NCBI RefSeq assembly: GCF_001194135.2
Contig: NC_068983.1
Coordinates: 25,303,127 to 25,335,521 of the forward strand
Direction of reading: 5' to 3'
DNA length: 32,395 nt
Source of the DNA: Octopus bimaculoides
Lineage: Eukaryota
The notes under the pieces are model-generated. The model did no database searches and was not told the origin of the DNA. It worked only from the letters and a program-made list of their open reading frames with translations. Position numbers and translations under genes: made by a program. Of the stretch, positions 11,892-23,199 are shown one piece after another (the stretch's first letter is position 1; every line of letters starts with the position of its first letter).

Positions 11892-12095
11892 GGCACCGAG
11901 CTGACAGTCATTAACATGCCGGGCAAAATGCTTAGCAATATTTCGCCCGTCGCTACGTTCTGAATTCAAATTCCACGGAATTCGACTTGACCTTTCATCC
12001 TTTCTGAACATTGGTGCGCGGGGAGGGGTGTCCATGTAATCGACTAGTCTCATCCCTCCAAAAGTTGCTGACTTGTAACAAAATTTGAAACTATT
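11892..12095 (+). mobile_element. tRNA-derived SINE family B, degenerate near-full copy
   Basis: ggcaccgagctgacag...ccgggcaaaatgcttagc...gttctgaattcaaattcc (B-box-like)...cctttcatccttt...atgtaatcgact...gaaac plus an ATT tail. Homologous to the reverse complement of 26139-26344. Confidence 0.88.
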
Positions 12096-12336
12096 ATTAT
12101 TATCATCATAATCATCTTCATCATCATCATCATTATTATTACTGTTGCTGTTGTTACTATTGTTGTTGTTGTAGTTGTTTCTGTTGTTGTTATTGTTGTT
12201 GTTGTTGTTGCTGTTGTTGTTCTTCTTCTTCTCCTCCTCCTCCACCTCCTCCTCCTTCTTCTTCTTCTTCTTCTTCTTCTTCTTCTTCTTCTTCTTCTTC
12301 TTCTTCTTCTTCTTCTTCTTCTTCTTCTTCTTCTTT
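12092..12336. repeat. Compound trinucleotide microsatellite (ATT/ATC/GTT/CTC/TTC)
   Basis: Direct. Source of ORFs 11817..12344 and 12175..12459. Confidence 0.97.
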
Positions 12337-12519
12337 ATTGTCATTGCACAGCATCTAACGCTGGAGATATATTACGCCAGCTGGTACCAGCTGTTCTGCT
12401 CTTTAGTAAAACACTTCATTTTATGTTGCTCCGCAATAATTTCGACATTTGACGTTTGACACACTTGATCACTATAAGCAAATCATTTGTGCAGGACGTT
12501 CAGTACAAATGAACACAGC

Positions 12520-13830
12520 TATTGACAGCTTTAGCCCACATGAATGAATGATCTGGCTAGGCCTAATATGCCGGTATGTACGATCGCCATTAAAAAAAGT
12601 AAAAAGCAATTGCTCAAAACGGAAGGTGAAAGTTCCAGTGAAATACATTTTCCAGCAAGTAATGCCTTGTTTGAAAAATCGAAGAAGAGCAACGTTAAAA
12701 TAACTGAGTGAAATTGTTGGTGCTGATGCAGAGGTTTCCGTAATTATCCCGACCATTTGAAGAAAAGGTCAACCGAAGGGGGCTATACACCAGAGCATGT
12801 ATACAAGGCTGATGAAATTGAACTTTTCTTGAAACTCATGCCTACCACAACATTTAATTCTTACTAAGAAAAATCAGCACCGGGAATTAAAGATTTCAAG
12901 AATCGTTTAACGGAACATTTAGCAGAAGAAATTCCGATGGTGGTATGAAATTTAAGATTATACTAGGGTAGAAGATCCAAGGGCTCTCAAGTGATATGAG
13001 AAGTTTAATCTACCTCAAAAGTAACACAGAAGTAAGATGTTTAAGAGCATTTTATCAAGAGTGTATTATAAATACATTTTGGTCCGGCTGTAAAATGGCA
13101 CATTGTCTGACACATTCTCCAAAGCATTGCTAGTTTTGGACAATGCACCAAGGAACTCAGTGAATCCAAATTGGATTTGTGGTAATCTGAGCACAGAGTT
13201 CTTAAGAAAACAAATGTTCGCCAGTCAATGCACTTATCTGCGAAAAACTTTCAAGGTATATATGAAAGCAATTGTGGGGGAGGGGATAACAAATCTCCAA
13301 ATAGAGACTACTTGAAGAATTTCAATTTGATTGATGTTGTGCATAATGTAGATGAGTTAAAAGATGAACTGAAACTTTCAATTTTGATTGGGACTTGAAA
13401 AATTTATTGGTGGAAAGTATCCATAAGTTAATAAAATTTCAACAAGTAGAAAGTTTACATGAAATTCGGTAAGATATTCCGATAGTGTCAAATGATGTAT
13501 ATTTGAGGGTGTCATATCGGTTGATGTGGTTGCGTTGTTAATGTCCAATATAGAAATTTCATCTAATGAGGTACCGATATTGTCAGGAACAAAGAGCAAA
13601 CTTAAATTATATATGGAAATACAGGAATTCTACCAACTCAACTTTAAAGAATATTGCTAAAATACTGGCTCTTATAGAGAAAGGTCTGCAATATTGTGTT
13701 GATAATAACCCTAGTCTTAAACGTAAAAAAATTCATGAGTTTACAATTTGTTCATTTCTTTCACAAAGCTTTACAATGAGATGATGTGCCATAACATTAA
13801 ACAACTTTGGATAGTTTCTTTAATCTTGAT
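12520..13830 (+). pseudogene. Decayed Tigger/pogo (Tc1/mariner superfamily) transposase, CENP-B HTH plus DDE_1, with many stops and frameshifts
   Basis: Ordered motifs across frames: NMPVCTIAIKK..EGESSSE.HFPASNALFEK; NVKIT; YPDHLKK..EGGYTPEHVYKADE; EKSAPGIKDFKNRLT; KALLVLDNAP; YLRKTFK; TLKNIAKILALIEKGLQ..DNNP; KTTLDSFF. This matches the Tigger transposase layout. No TIRs identified. Confidence 0.9.
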
Positions 13831-13899
13831 GACAGACTATAGAACAACAGCCTTCATCATTCTAGTAGTACCCAGAGTGTGAATCTGTGGGTTTATAGT

Positions 13900-14095
13900 G
13901 GATGTGGTGTTAAGAGAAGAATGGTGAACTGTAACAGAAACATGAAGATAGTTGATAGAAGTGTTGGAAACAGAACAGAAGAGTTAGAGAGCGAGATGGA
14001 AGGACTGGATGAACAAAAAGGAGTCGAGATGTTCACGAGAAAGTGAGGCCACCCCAATACAGTTGTGTAGCTCACGAGTGGGATCAGTTATCTGA
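13900..14095 (+). mobile_element. Possible degraded RTE-like LINE 3' fragment
   Basis: Purine-rich stretch with RARWKDWMNKK in one frame, similar to the RTE C-terminal GRxRxRWxD motif. It is followed by an AT/GA microsatellite. Confidence 0.3.
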
Positions 14096-14099
14096 GAAA

Positions 14100-14113
14100 T
14101 ATATATATATATG

Positions 14114-14150
<37 letters not shown>
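14100..14150. repeat. (AT)n/(GA)n microsatellite
   Basis: Direct. Confidence 0.95.
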
Positions 14151-14151
<1 letters not shown>

Positions 14152-14344
14152 TGCGTCTATTTGTGTAGTTAATCTCTAAAATCCAATGCTCTATCCACAG
14201 TGGTATATGGACTGTAGCTATATCAGACTATTCTTTTAATATCTCTAAATGATAAACTAACTTCTACGAAAACAAAATTAGAATTATAAGTTCATATAAT
14301 AAAAATATAGTTATATATTTTAAGCTGAATCACGAAAATACGTT

Positions 14345-14403
14345 GTATAAATTCCAATCGTTGTTCTTGTACGAATCACTTTTGTTTCAAATGTAATATG
14401 TTT
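14345..14403 (+). repeat. 59-bp dispersed direct duplicate, copy 1 (partner 17148-17206)
   Basis: 55/59 identical by manual alignment. Confidence 0.9.
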
Positions 14404-15901
14404 GTTGTTATAAATGCTAACATGGATGTTTTACAAAATAACACATACAAACTTTAAAATAATAAACCACTATTATTATACACCTATTCACTATAATGCA
14501 ATGGTGCACACAGAATTGAAAATTGGTCATAATGTCTTTTTACAATATTGTGCTATCAATGTTATATTTATAATTTAATTTTAGTTATATATCAGTCCAA
14601 AAGTTCAGCGAGTAGGTCAATGAGATTGTTCAAAAGTCATGCCTTTCTCAAGATTAATTGCTGCATAACTCGATTGAATTAGCTTCAAGAGGTATCAAAT
14701 CTGTTTCAGGGGCTCGGTTGGGTTGGAATTTAGCTGTTGCGTTTTGGCTCGGGTTTTGAAAGAAAAATCAATTGAGAAAAGAAAGAAAGAAAAAAACAGC
14801 TACCGAAAATATATGTTCTTTTCTACAAACACATAGACCATGTCGAATGGTCTATTGTTTTCTATCATTGTAAACAAAAAGTAAGACATAATATAGGGAG
14901 GTTCAATAAGTCTCCACACAAACATAACTGACGTCCATATTGCTGTTAGGTTCAGGATTTCAGTAACATAACAATTGGTTTAAAATATTTATATCTCCTG
15001 CTTGATTTAGTTTCGATATTTACTTTTCAAAAGACGCTAGTAATAGTATCTAAAAATGGCTCGCTTTTAATAGTTCCAACTTCGTGAGTGAAATGGAAAA
15101 TGAGATTCCTTATTTTTTAATGTTTTTGTTGTTTTTATACATCTAATGTTTTATTGCTTGAAAAACTCGAGTGAAATTTAGTAGTAATAAAGTGACTTAT
15201 TCAATATCGATAAATTTATTAATGTCTTTATCAGTGATATATGAGATTATGGCCGCATACGGTCAATGCATTAATCAAATTCTCATTTACTGATGATAGT
15301 TCAATGTCCAGCTTCGCAATGCAAATATCAACTATTATACCTAAATATATGTGAAAAATGATAGTAACAGCGTAAACGAATAAGAAATTTCGCTTTCAGC
15401 TCATGTCTTCACAAATTTCTATCAGTCGCAGGTACTTTAAGAGGAGAAGTAAATTGTAGAAATTTATTGTGGAAACTAAATAGAAGAGATTTCTTTTCAC
15501 TTACATTTCATGAACACATCCCTTCATATGGTTTTGACTTACTCATATTTTCTTTTACATACTTAGATAATTACTTCTTTACAAAACCTTATGAAGTGTA
15601 TCTCCTTTAAAATTAGAGAATTATGTACACTTTTGCTTTCTCTACTCGACCGAGGCCCCAAGAAGTAAACATAGGAATATGAATATATGGAAATGTGGCA
15701 TAAACAAGTATATAGAGTAAAATTGTGCTTTTTCCCCAAACCGGACAGGTATACAACCATTCAGTAATACAATAATCAACTTGGTTCATTATTTCTCCAT
15801 ATCTCGTTTTCTTTGAGTAGCAACTGTCACTTCCTATTTGCTTACTCTTAGAAAGTATGAAAGATGGCTAGTATTTCCTTCAAACTTTGAATTTGTTACT
15901 T

Positions 15902-16068
15902 TTATTCAAACCGTAAACAATCACTCTCAACACATGGCTATGATGCCACCTCCATTTTTCCTGTTCATGATCAGAGATGCACATAGAAGTCACAAAGGGA
16001 TATACTCTAGCGATTAAAGTCAAGCAAATATCAAGCAACTCTGTGGTATTGAGCAGAATATTTGCTTT
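15902..16068 (+). repeat. Unclassified interspersed repeat, copy 2 (diverged)
   Basis: Aligns to the reverse complement of 6718-6861. Confidence 0.85.
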
Positions 16069-16375
16069 AATGATACTTCTGCTTCAGCCATTCGTCCCGG
16101 TCACAAAAGCCAAGTTTGAAGGGAATAGTAATCATTTCCTTTGATTTCTAGATAGAAGCGAATAGGAAATAATACTTACTAACCAAAGAGAAAAAAATAT
16201 ATAAAACATCGTAACGCGTAGTCATTTCTACCACTGCCAATGGACTTAATGTTGTGTGCCGATGATTTACTCTTCCTAGTGTGGGAATGACCCCATAAAA
16301 TTCGAAGTAGAGGTGACTTAAATTCGAAACGTGTTTAAATATTAACGACAGTATGGCCATCTGCTAAACAATTAC

Positions 16376-16576
16376 ATGTAATTAATAAATCTGTAGAAAT
16401 ATTTGGAGTTGTGTATTCTTTTTCGATACCTAAATACTCAGCTCGACTTCCTACATACTTGAAGCATACCGGTATATAATCTATTATACACTTCTTTGCT
16501 TTATAACAAAAGGAAGAACCTGTAATTTTGTAGGATAACTTATGGTGAATCGAACAATAGTAATTACATTTATTTT
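16376..16576 (-). CDS. Candidate 201-nt phase 1-1 exon encoding a divergent CUB-like segment
   Basis: Strong acceptor (tttcttttcttcccttccgatttag), donor-like T/GTAATT and an open frame NKCNYYCSIHHKLSYKITGSSFCYKAKKCIIDYIPV... with CUB-like C-x25-C-x2-DY-x2-V spacing. Pattern match by eye only. Confidence 0.3.
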
Positions 16577-17147
16577 CTAAATCGGAAGGGAAGAAAAGAA
16601 ATTTGGATTTTATCCTTAGAAAACCTAGATCGATGGAGCAAAATAATATATAATAATAATATAATAATATAATAATAATATAATAAAACAATAATATAAT
16701 AAGATGGAGCAAAATAATATGGACATTTGACGCTCTATACATAATGTCCTTCCTATATATTCGTAGTATAATCTTTGTCTATTACACCGCACTTGTTATA
16801 AATACAATATCAGGATCAAAATACACAAGTTTTTTTTTTATAATTTCTTTTTCTCTCATTCCAAATATTCTCAGAATTCCCAATACTGGTAGTCTGCACA
16901 TTGTTGCGAATGAAATGATGCATTATTTCTCTCATAACAATGCATCATAACTCTCATTAAGCCCCAGTCACGTACTCATTGTAACTCTCTTGTGGCAATA
17001 CTTCGTTTCGTGACAAATATGCTGCCTTAAAATTTTTTCAAACAGAAGATTGGAAATAAATTACACCTCTTAAACTCAAATGTTCAGTAAACAAAATAAA
17101 CAAGAGTAAGCAAAATAAACAAAGAAAAGGATACTTATTCCCGAGAG

Positions 17148-17206
17148 GTAAAAATCCCAAACGTTGTTCTTGTACGAATCCCTTTTGTTTCAAATGTAAT
17201 ATGTTT
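17148..17206 (+). repeat. 59-bp dispersed direct duplicate, copy 2
   Basis: 55/59 identical to 14345-14403. Confidence 0.9.
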
Positions 17207-19549
17207 TCAGGCAGATAGTGGGATCTTTGTACATTTCTAGTATTAAATGCTCTTATCTTCTTTAGTAATCTTGTATTTTGCATTCAAATCTTGCTTTAAA
17301 TATGTATCATCGTCATGAACCTTGATTGTCTTTAATAGCTTCGTATGGTGAACATAGAGATAGCATCTTTCCATATAACTGAGCACATGTCAGAAAGAGT
17401 CACCCCACCGACATTAGGCTTAGGATATTTTTTCGTTGGACTCCACTGAGAATTTTTAGGTTTTCATATTTCCTTTGTCAGAACGCAGTTGGTTACAACT
17501 AATTAACTTTTACCTCTTGATATTTCATGAAAACACAGTTTTCCAACTATGCCGATATTATATTGTTTATATAATGTTTCATGATTACCTCTTCCGGAGA
17601 TATTCGTAAAATCAAGATGCACCACTTCCACGTGCTGTGTGTTAGAATGTCATTTTGTGGTAGAGTGTGTCCAGTCTATTTCTGGTACATTAGTTCGCTT
17701 TCCTTCTCGGAAGTGATCGTCAAATATAACCTCTTGAGATCTGAGGCAACCATTGAACGATATGATGTATATATAACTAGATCGAGCTGCTTCCTATCTA
17801 TGTAACATTAGTATACCATTAGCAAATAGGTTATAGTATACCTTCTTTTAACTCTGTAAAGGGCTTTCCAATTACAAGGAAGATTTAGAGAATATGTGAA
17901 ATGAACTATTTGTATATTTTAAAGGTAAATTGTACGGAATTCATCGGGGCATATTGATTAGTGTAGGTTCATTTCGCCTATAAGACATATTACAGTTGAT
18001 AGTTGTCTCTTAGTTATGTAAACTGTAGCGTTTAAAGAACGTAACAAGTGTTTTTATGTGGGAGTTTTTACCACGAGGTTTTCATTTAAAGATTTAAGGT
18101 ATTTGTTCCCCGTCATACCTAAAGTGCTAAATTTTAATATTCCTGCAAAAAATTTAATACACGTTGCTTGCGTCATAAACATAAATCGTTTATGTCATTT
18201 CCTTGTACAAAGTGACTTTTAGCACTGGTGTTTACGAGAATCTCTTTTTAAATCATTATCCAGGTTATTTTGATCTAGCTGGTTGACTTCGGATACTTGT
18301 GGAAAATGATAATCTGCGCTGCTCTTTGGACTTTGCATAATTAAGTATACCATATAACGTGGAGTACAATGTTGGCGCCACTTACATATGGGTGAAATTA
18401 GCGTTACTTCAGAGTTAGAGATTTAATATTTAGCTGCACCTTGTAGGATGAAGTAAAATATGTTTTACTGTGGGCAGCATTTTAGACAGTTTAAGTAGAA
18501 TATCCGTTTCTCCTTGTTCATTTAAGAGAGAATTTCGCCTAGAGGTAGAACACACGAAAGTAAAATTTACTTACATGTTTAACACTTTTGTTAACACCGC
18601 TTTCCTTTTCGGATGTGGTCTTCAAGAATAACCTCATAATTTGTACAACCGCTGGACAATGTGCTGTACATATGATTCGATCGAGTTGTTTTACATGTAC
18701 CATTAGTTTGTCAGAAGCAAAATTTAAATATTGCGGCAGAAAAAAGGATTAAGGATGTGACAACTCTATGAATGTACGGGACAAATCCAGCATGACTTTT
18801 TTCTTCCTTATCAGGATGCATTGCAATACAATTTTGTTTACGTATTTGAGAATATGTTACGTTCATTTGTAGATACATTTCTCTAAGTGCCATATATATT
18901 GCTTGATTGATCGGGGTCATAACAAACAGATATGGAATGCTATTTCTGTATTATTCAATAGTAGAATGGGTGTAACACTTGCAGAGGCGTTTATGGTATG
19001 TTTTTGTTTTTTATTTGATCAGACAACATTACTAGCCACAATGCTGGTGCTTTACAAGAATATGCATTTTATTTAAATCGCGTAGCTTCTTCATATGGAC
19101 AATATTATGGAGAACGGAAATTTCGAAAACTGTGCATATCGTCTACTTATTATATGCCATAGAATATTCAGCAGGCATCTGCTTGTGTTTTGAGTTTTAT
19201 CATTGATTGCATTGCATTTATGGTTTTATTTCCTTCTCGGTAAGTTTAGCACATAACATTCATAATAAAATCCGAAATGCATTCTCGACATTATATTTAT
19301 TGAGCATTAGATATGGAAACCGTTGATAAAATTTATATACGTTACACATCTTAGCCCAGCATTCAGTAAATGCCATCCCCACCCAAGTTTTAAACTCACC
19401 TAAACAAAAGATTCTTTTATATGTCTAATACATCAAGATCAGGTAGCTAATGTAGAGTGATGTACATGAACGTATAAAAACACACACACACATATCCATG
19501 TATACATAGACGCAAATGCATTTATATTTATAGATATGTATGTATAGTA

Positions 19550-19669
<120 letters not shown>

Positions 19670-20039
19670 ATTCATAAATTAATATAAGTATAGGAACGTG
19701 TCTGTGTGTGCAAGTAGAGCGACGGATCGTTTGCTCCATTAGCAGAACTACATAATAGATAAATGTTCGTGTAAGATGATGATACACCTTCAGTTCATTC
19801 TCAAGGGAAAATACAAAAAAATGACGCCCACACTTGTACATATGCGTATGTAATAGTCGTAGGATTCATATTTCGTAAATATAATGGGACATCTTCGTTT
19901 TGCTAAGTCTAGCACAGCGCCCAATGACACAGTATAATAACGCAGAATATAACATTGTAATAGATAACAAGAATTTTTAAAAAATGATATGCAAAAGACT
20001 CCCTAGATACACTGCCTTATAGGGTATACACACACACAT

Positions 20040-20056
20040 TTCTGTATATGTATATG

Positions 20057-20105
<49 letters not shown>

Positions 20106-20149
20106 ATATATATAAAACATATATATATATATATATATANNNNNNNNNN
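20040..20149. repeat. (TA)n-type microsatellite ending in gap 20140-20149
   Basis: Direct. Confidence 0.95.
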
Positions 20150-20308
20150 TGACACAACACAAAATGCAGAGGTTGAAGACATTGGTGGGGGGGGGGAAGT
20201 TAAAATTATCACTCAAAAGTCTGGGGTATAGAAAAAAATAATATGAATTCATTAATAAAATGTCCAATTATTTTGGGCCTTATTAAAATTGCGTTACTTC
20301 ACAATAGC

Positions 20309-20610
20309 GAGGGTGCGTGCCTTAGTAGTTAGGGTAATCGGCTTAGGATCGTGAGGTCGTGAGTTCGATTACCGGCGGCGCGTTTCGTCATTGAGCAAGA
20401 CATTATTTCACGTTTCTCTACTTCACTCAGCTAGCCAAAATGAATAATATCAGTATTTTAAAGGGCTGGCCTTGTCACATCCCTGAGAATTATATTAATG
20501 GTACGCGTGACTGTGGAGTGCTCAGTCACTTGCCCGTTAATTTCAAGAGCAGCCTGTTCTGTTGATTGGGTCAACTGGAATCCTTGTCATCTTTGTAACC
20601 GACGGAATGC
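20309..20610 (+). mobile_element. tRNA-derived SINE family C, near-full degenerate copy
   Basis: A-box-like tgccttagtagttagg (~20318) and B-box-like gagttcgattacc (20361-20373), followed by ttgagcaagaca..ttatttcacgtt...cactcagct. A short related piece (agtaaaacacttcattttatgttgctcc) lies at ~12404-12432. Matches my recollection of an octopus SINE. Confidence 0.8.
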
Positions 20611-21274
20611 TAGTGGTGTATACTTCACAATAGATTGTTACATACTCTTAAATGCATTACTACCAGTTCACTTATAATAAAATTTATTACTCGTATATTC
20701 AGGCATAAGCTCTTCCGTTTAAACTGACTTAAGAAATATATTATACACACATACAGAATTACAAACACGAACTAAGGCACATACTACTCCATATTAATAT
20801 ATTTGTATATATGTCGAATTTGGTAATAGGGTTTGTATTTGCTTTGTCAATTGAACAATCAAAACCTTGCTTGGAGCGCATACGCTGTTAAGAAAATGTT
20901 CAGTGAAGATTCATATGTCATTGTATGTAATAAGGATGTATTTTTGAGTCATCCTTTCTAAAAATCCAAACCTTAATCTCATAGGAGTGGGAAGGTTAAA
21001 CGAGTGAGTGTTAAGGCTATGCAATCGGAGACTTCGAATCCCTGAAAGGATCAGCCAAGGCAGATAAGTCTGACACCGGTGGTGCTGGGACTTAAAGTCG
21101 GCTAACTGGAGGGCAATGGAAAATTCCAGGCGGCGTTTGTACCAGAAACCGGCGGCTTCCTTGTCGCGTTGGATTGCATCTGCGAGCATCCTGTGGTATG
21201 AAGGTGTAACACCTGAACAACCTGCCACTCGTCGTGTATGCTTTCACGGACTCTGATCACTGTTTGAAAGTCAT

Positions 21275-21325
21275 AACGATGAATTCCATAGGAGTTCATC
21301 GTTGATGAACTCCATAGGAGTTCAT
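21275..21325. repeat. Tandem duplicated palindrome (two hairpins, 26-nt period)
   Basis: aacgatgaattcc-ata-ggagttcatcgtt (13-bp stem, one T:G) followed by atgaactcc-ata-ggagttcat (perfect 9-bp stem). Confidence 0.95.
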
Positions 21326-21522
21326 TTTTGTCTTGTAACCTGATATATATATATACGTGTAAAAATCCAACACATTTGTCAGGCAATTTTAAGAATTCTT
21401 TCTTTGATTTATTGTGCATCAATATATTTATCAATATATTTTATATTATTTCTGTTTAAAGTAATTTGATACCACTTAGATATTTGATTATTTGATAACA
21501 TGTTATGTCTTCCTTTTTTCAG

Positions 21523-21628
21523 ATATTTCTCACTAAATGGAGACTCACAAGTCAACTGCGTTTCTTCTAGATCTGTAGACGTTATTATGCATCTTAAAAA
21601 TACGCAAAAAGTAGTCGATGTTTTAGAA
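21523..21628 (+). CDS. Candidate 106-nt internal exon, product unknown
   Basis: Acceptor tcttccttttttcag, donor GAA/GTATGC and an open frame (R)YFSLNGDSQVNCVSSRSVDVIMHLKNTQKVVDVLE. No family recognised. Confidence 0.2.
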
Positions 21629-21855
21629 GTATGCACAAAATACAATTTTATCTATTTGACTCATGATTCCTCTTTAGTTCACTTTAAAATGTGCTGTCTT
21701 CTTTTGTTTGGTTTTTCGAAATAATGTGTTCCTTGTTTCGGAGAGATATAGGAGGATAACATCATGTGTTCAGGATTCAATATTTCACGATTTTGATATA
21801 TGAACCTAATTATATCTCCTTCATGGGTGAGTAAAAGTTGCCAAGCATTTCTTGT

Positions 21856-21953
21856 TTGATACACAAAAAAAGAAGACAATCCACATAATTTAACGTATAA
21901 ATCGAATAAATCATTTATTTTAAATAGTAGTCGCACAAGATACATTTGACTGT
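21856..21953 (+). repeat. 98-bp segment whose exact inverted copy lies at 23343-23440
   Basis: 98/98 reverse-complement identity, checked base by base. Confidence 0.95.
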
Positions 21954-22679
21954 ATTAAATTTTCCAATCCAAACATTCGGAAGTATTGAGATTGAAGACC
22001 CAATTCAATAATATTAATCAATTATTAAAGAATTTATAATTCGCTCGATTCAATATGCTTCAATTTCCGATACTAAACCCCAATATCTAATTTTGATTAA
22101 ATTATCGTATTCTAAGCATGTTTGTCTGTTTTTCGTTATATCTATTCACAACGCATGCATTAATAAAATAAAAGTGACGAAAAGAGAAATAAATCGGAAA
22201 AATTGAAAAAGAAAAAGATCAACATCAGCATCATTACCATCATCATCATCGTTGTCATCATTATCATCATCGTCGTCTTCATCATCATCATTAACAACAG
22301 CAGCGACAAGTCAACAGGAGATATTTACAGCATAACTAAACAAAAGACAAGTATATTAAAATTAACATGAGGTTAATTTGTGCTATTTAAAATTATCTTT
22401 TAATGCATTGCATCTATATTAGAACATACCAAATAGCTTAAGGAAGAAACGAATTATTATGTTTAATGTGGAATTCTTATCTCGTAACTATAATCGAATT
22501 TATTACAAAGTAAATGAATTTCAGTTATAGAAATTAGTGAAAATGAATATTACAATGGATTTTGTTGGATTAGGAAAAAATTAATTAAGCTATATAACTT
22601 ATTATGCAATACATGTAATCAGATAATATTTCCATTAATTGATTGATCATCAGTAGCATGTACGTGTAAAAGAATGCAT

Positions 22680-22713
<34 letters not shown>

Positions 22714-22742
22714 CCTGTATGTGTGTGTGTGTGCGCGTGTTA

Positions 22743-22790
<48 letters not shown>

Positions 22791-22905
22791 GCAGACAGAC
22801 GGACATATATGAGAGTAGGTATGTGAATGTATGCATATATATGTGTGCGTGTATGCGTCTGTGTGTGTATGTGCGTGTGTGCGTGAGAGAGAGAGACGAG
22901 AGTGT
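22680..22905. repeat. Compound (TG)n/(TA)n/(GA)n microsatellite
   Basis: Direct. Confidence 0.95.
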
Positions 22906-22944
22906 GTTTGCTTATTATTCGTATATGTATATAGAAACATGCAT

Positions 22945-23104
22945 GCAGGAGTGGCTGTGTGGTAAATAGCTTGCTTACCAACCACATGGTTCGAGTTCAG
23001 TCCCACTGCGTGGCACCTTGGGCAAGTGTCGTCTACTATATCCTTCGTCCGATCAAGGCCTTGTGAATGGATTTGCTAGACGGAGACAGAAATAAGTCCG
23101 TCGT
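22945..23104 (+). mobile_element. SINE family A, 5' tRNA-like head
   Basis: A-box tggctgtgtgg (22952-22962), B-box gagttcagtcc (~22993-23003), then ccttgggcaagtgtc...tgtgaatggattt...agacgga. It runs into a TA tract and gap 23130-23139. Confidence 0.92.
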
Positions 23105-23199
23105 ATATATATATATATATATATATATANNNNNNNNNNGTGTGTGTGTGTGTGTGTATGTGTATGTATATATATCTTTTATGTCTTATCATATACATA

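Noticed and set aside
14893-15010. Mariner-like TIR start (gggaggttcaataagt)
   Set aside because: I found no matching inverted end or TA target-site duplication.
15850-16140. Plus-strand exon candidates around 15.9-16.1 kb
   Set aside because: Most of the stretch is a copy of the interspersed repeat also found at 6718-6861.
18711-18920. HPDK motif suggesting a J-domain or viral T-antigen
   Set aside because: It is a four-residue match in a 69-aa ORF, with no convincing J-domain helices or splice support.
22945-23010. tRNA genes at SINE heads (also 11892, 20309, 26344, 30549)
   Set aside because: They have A/B boxes but no complete cloverleaf, and they continue into SINE bodies.
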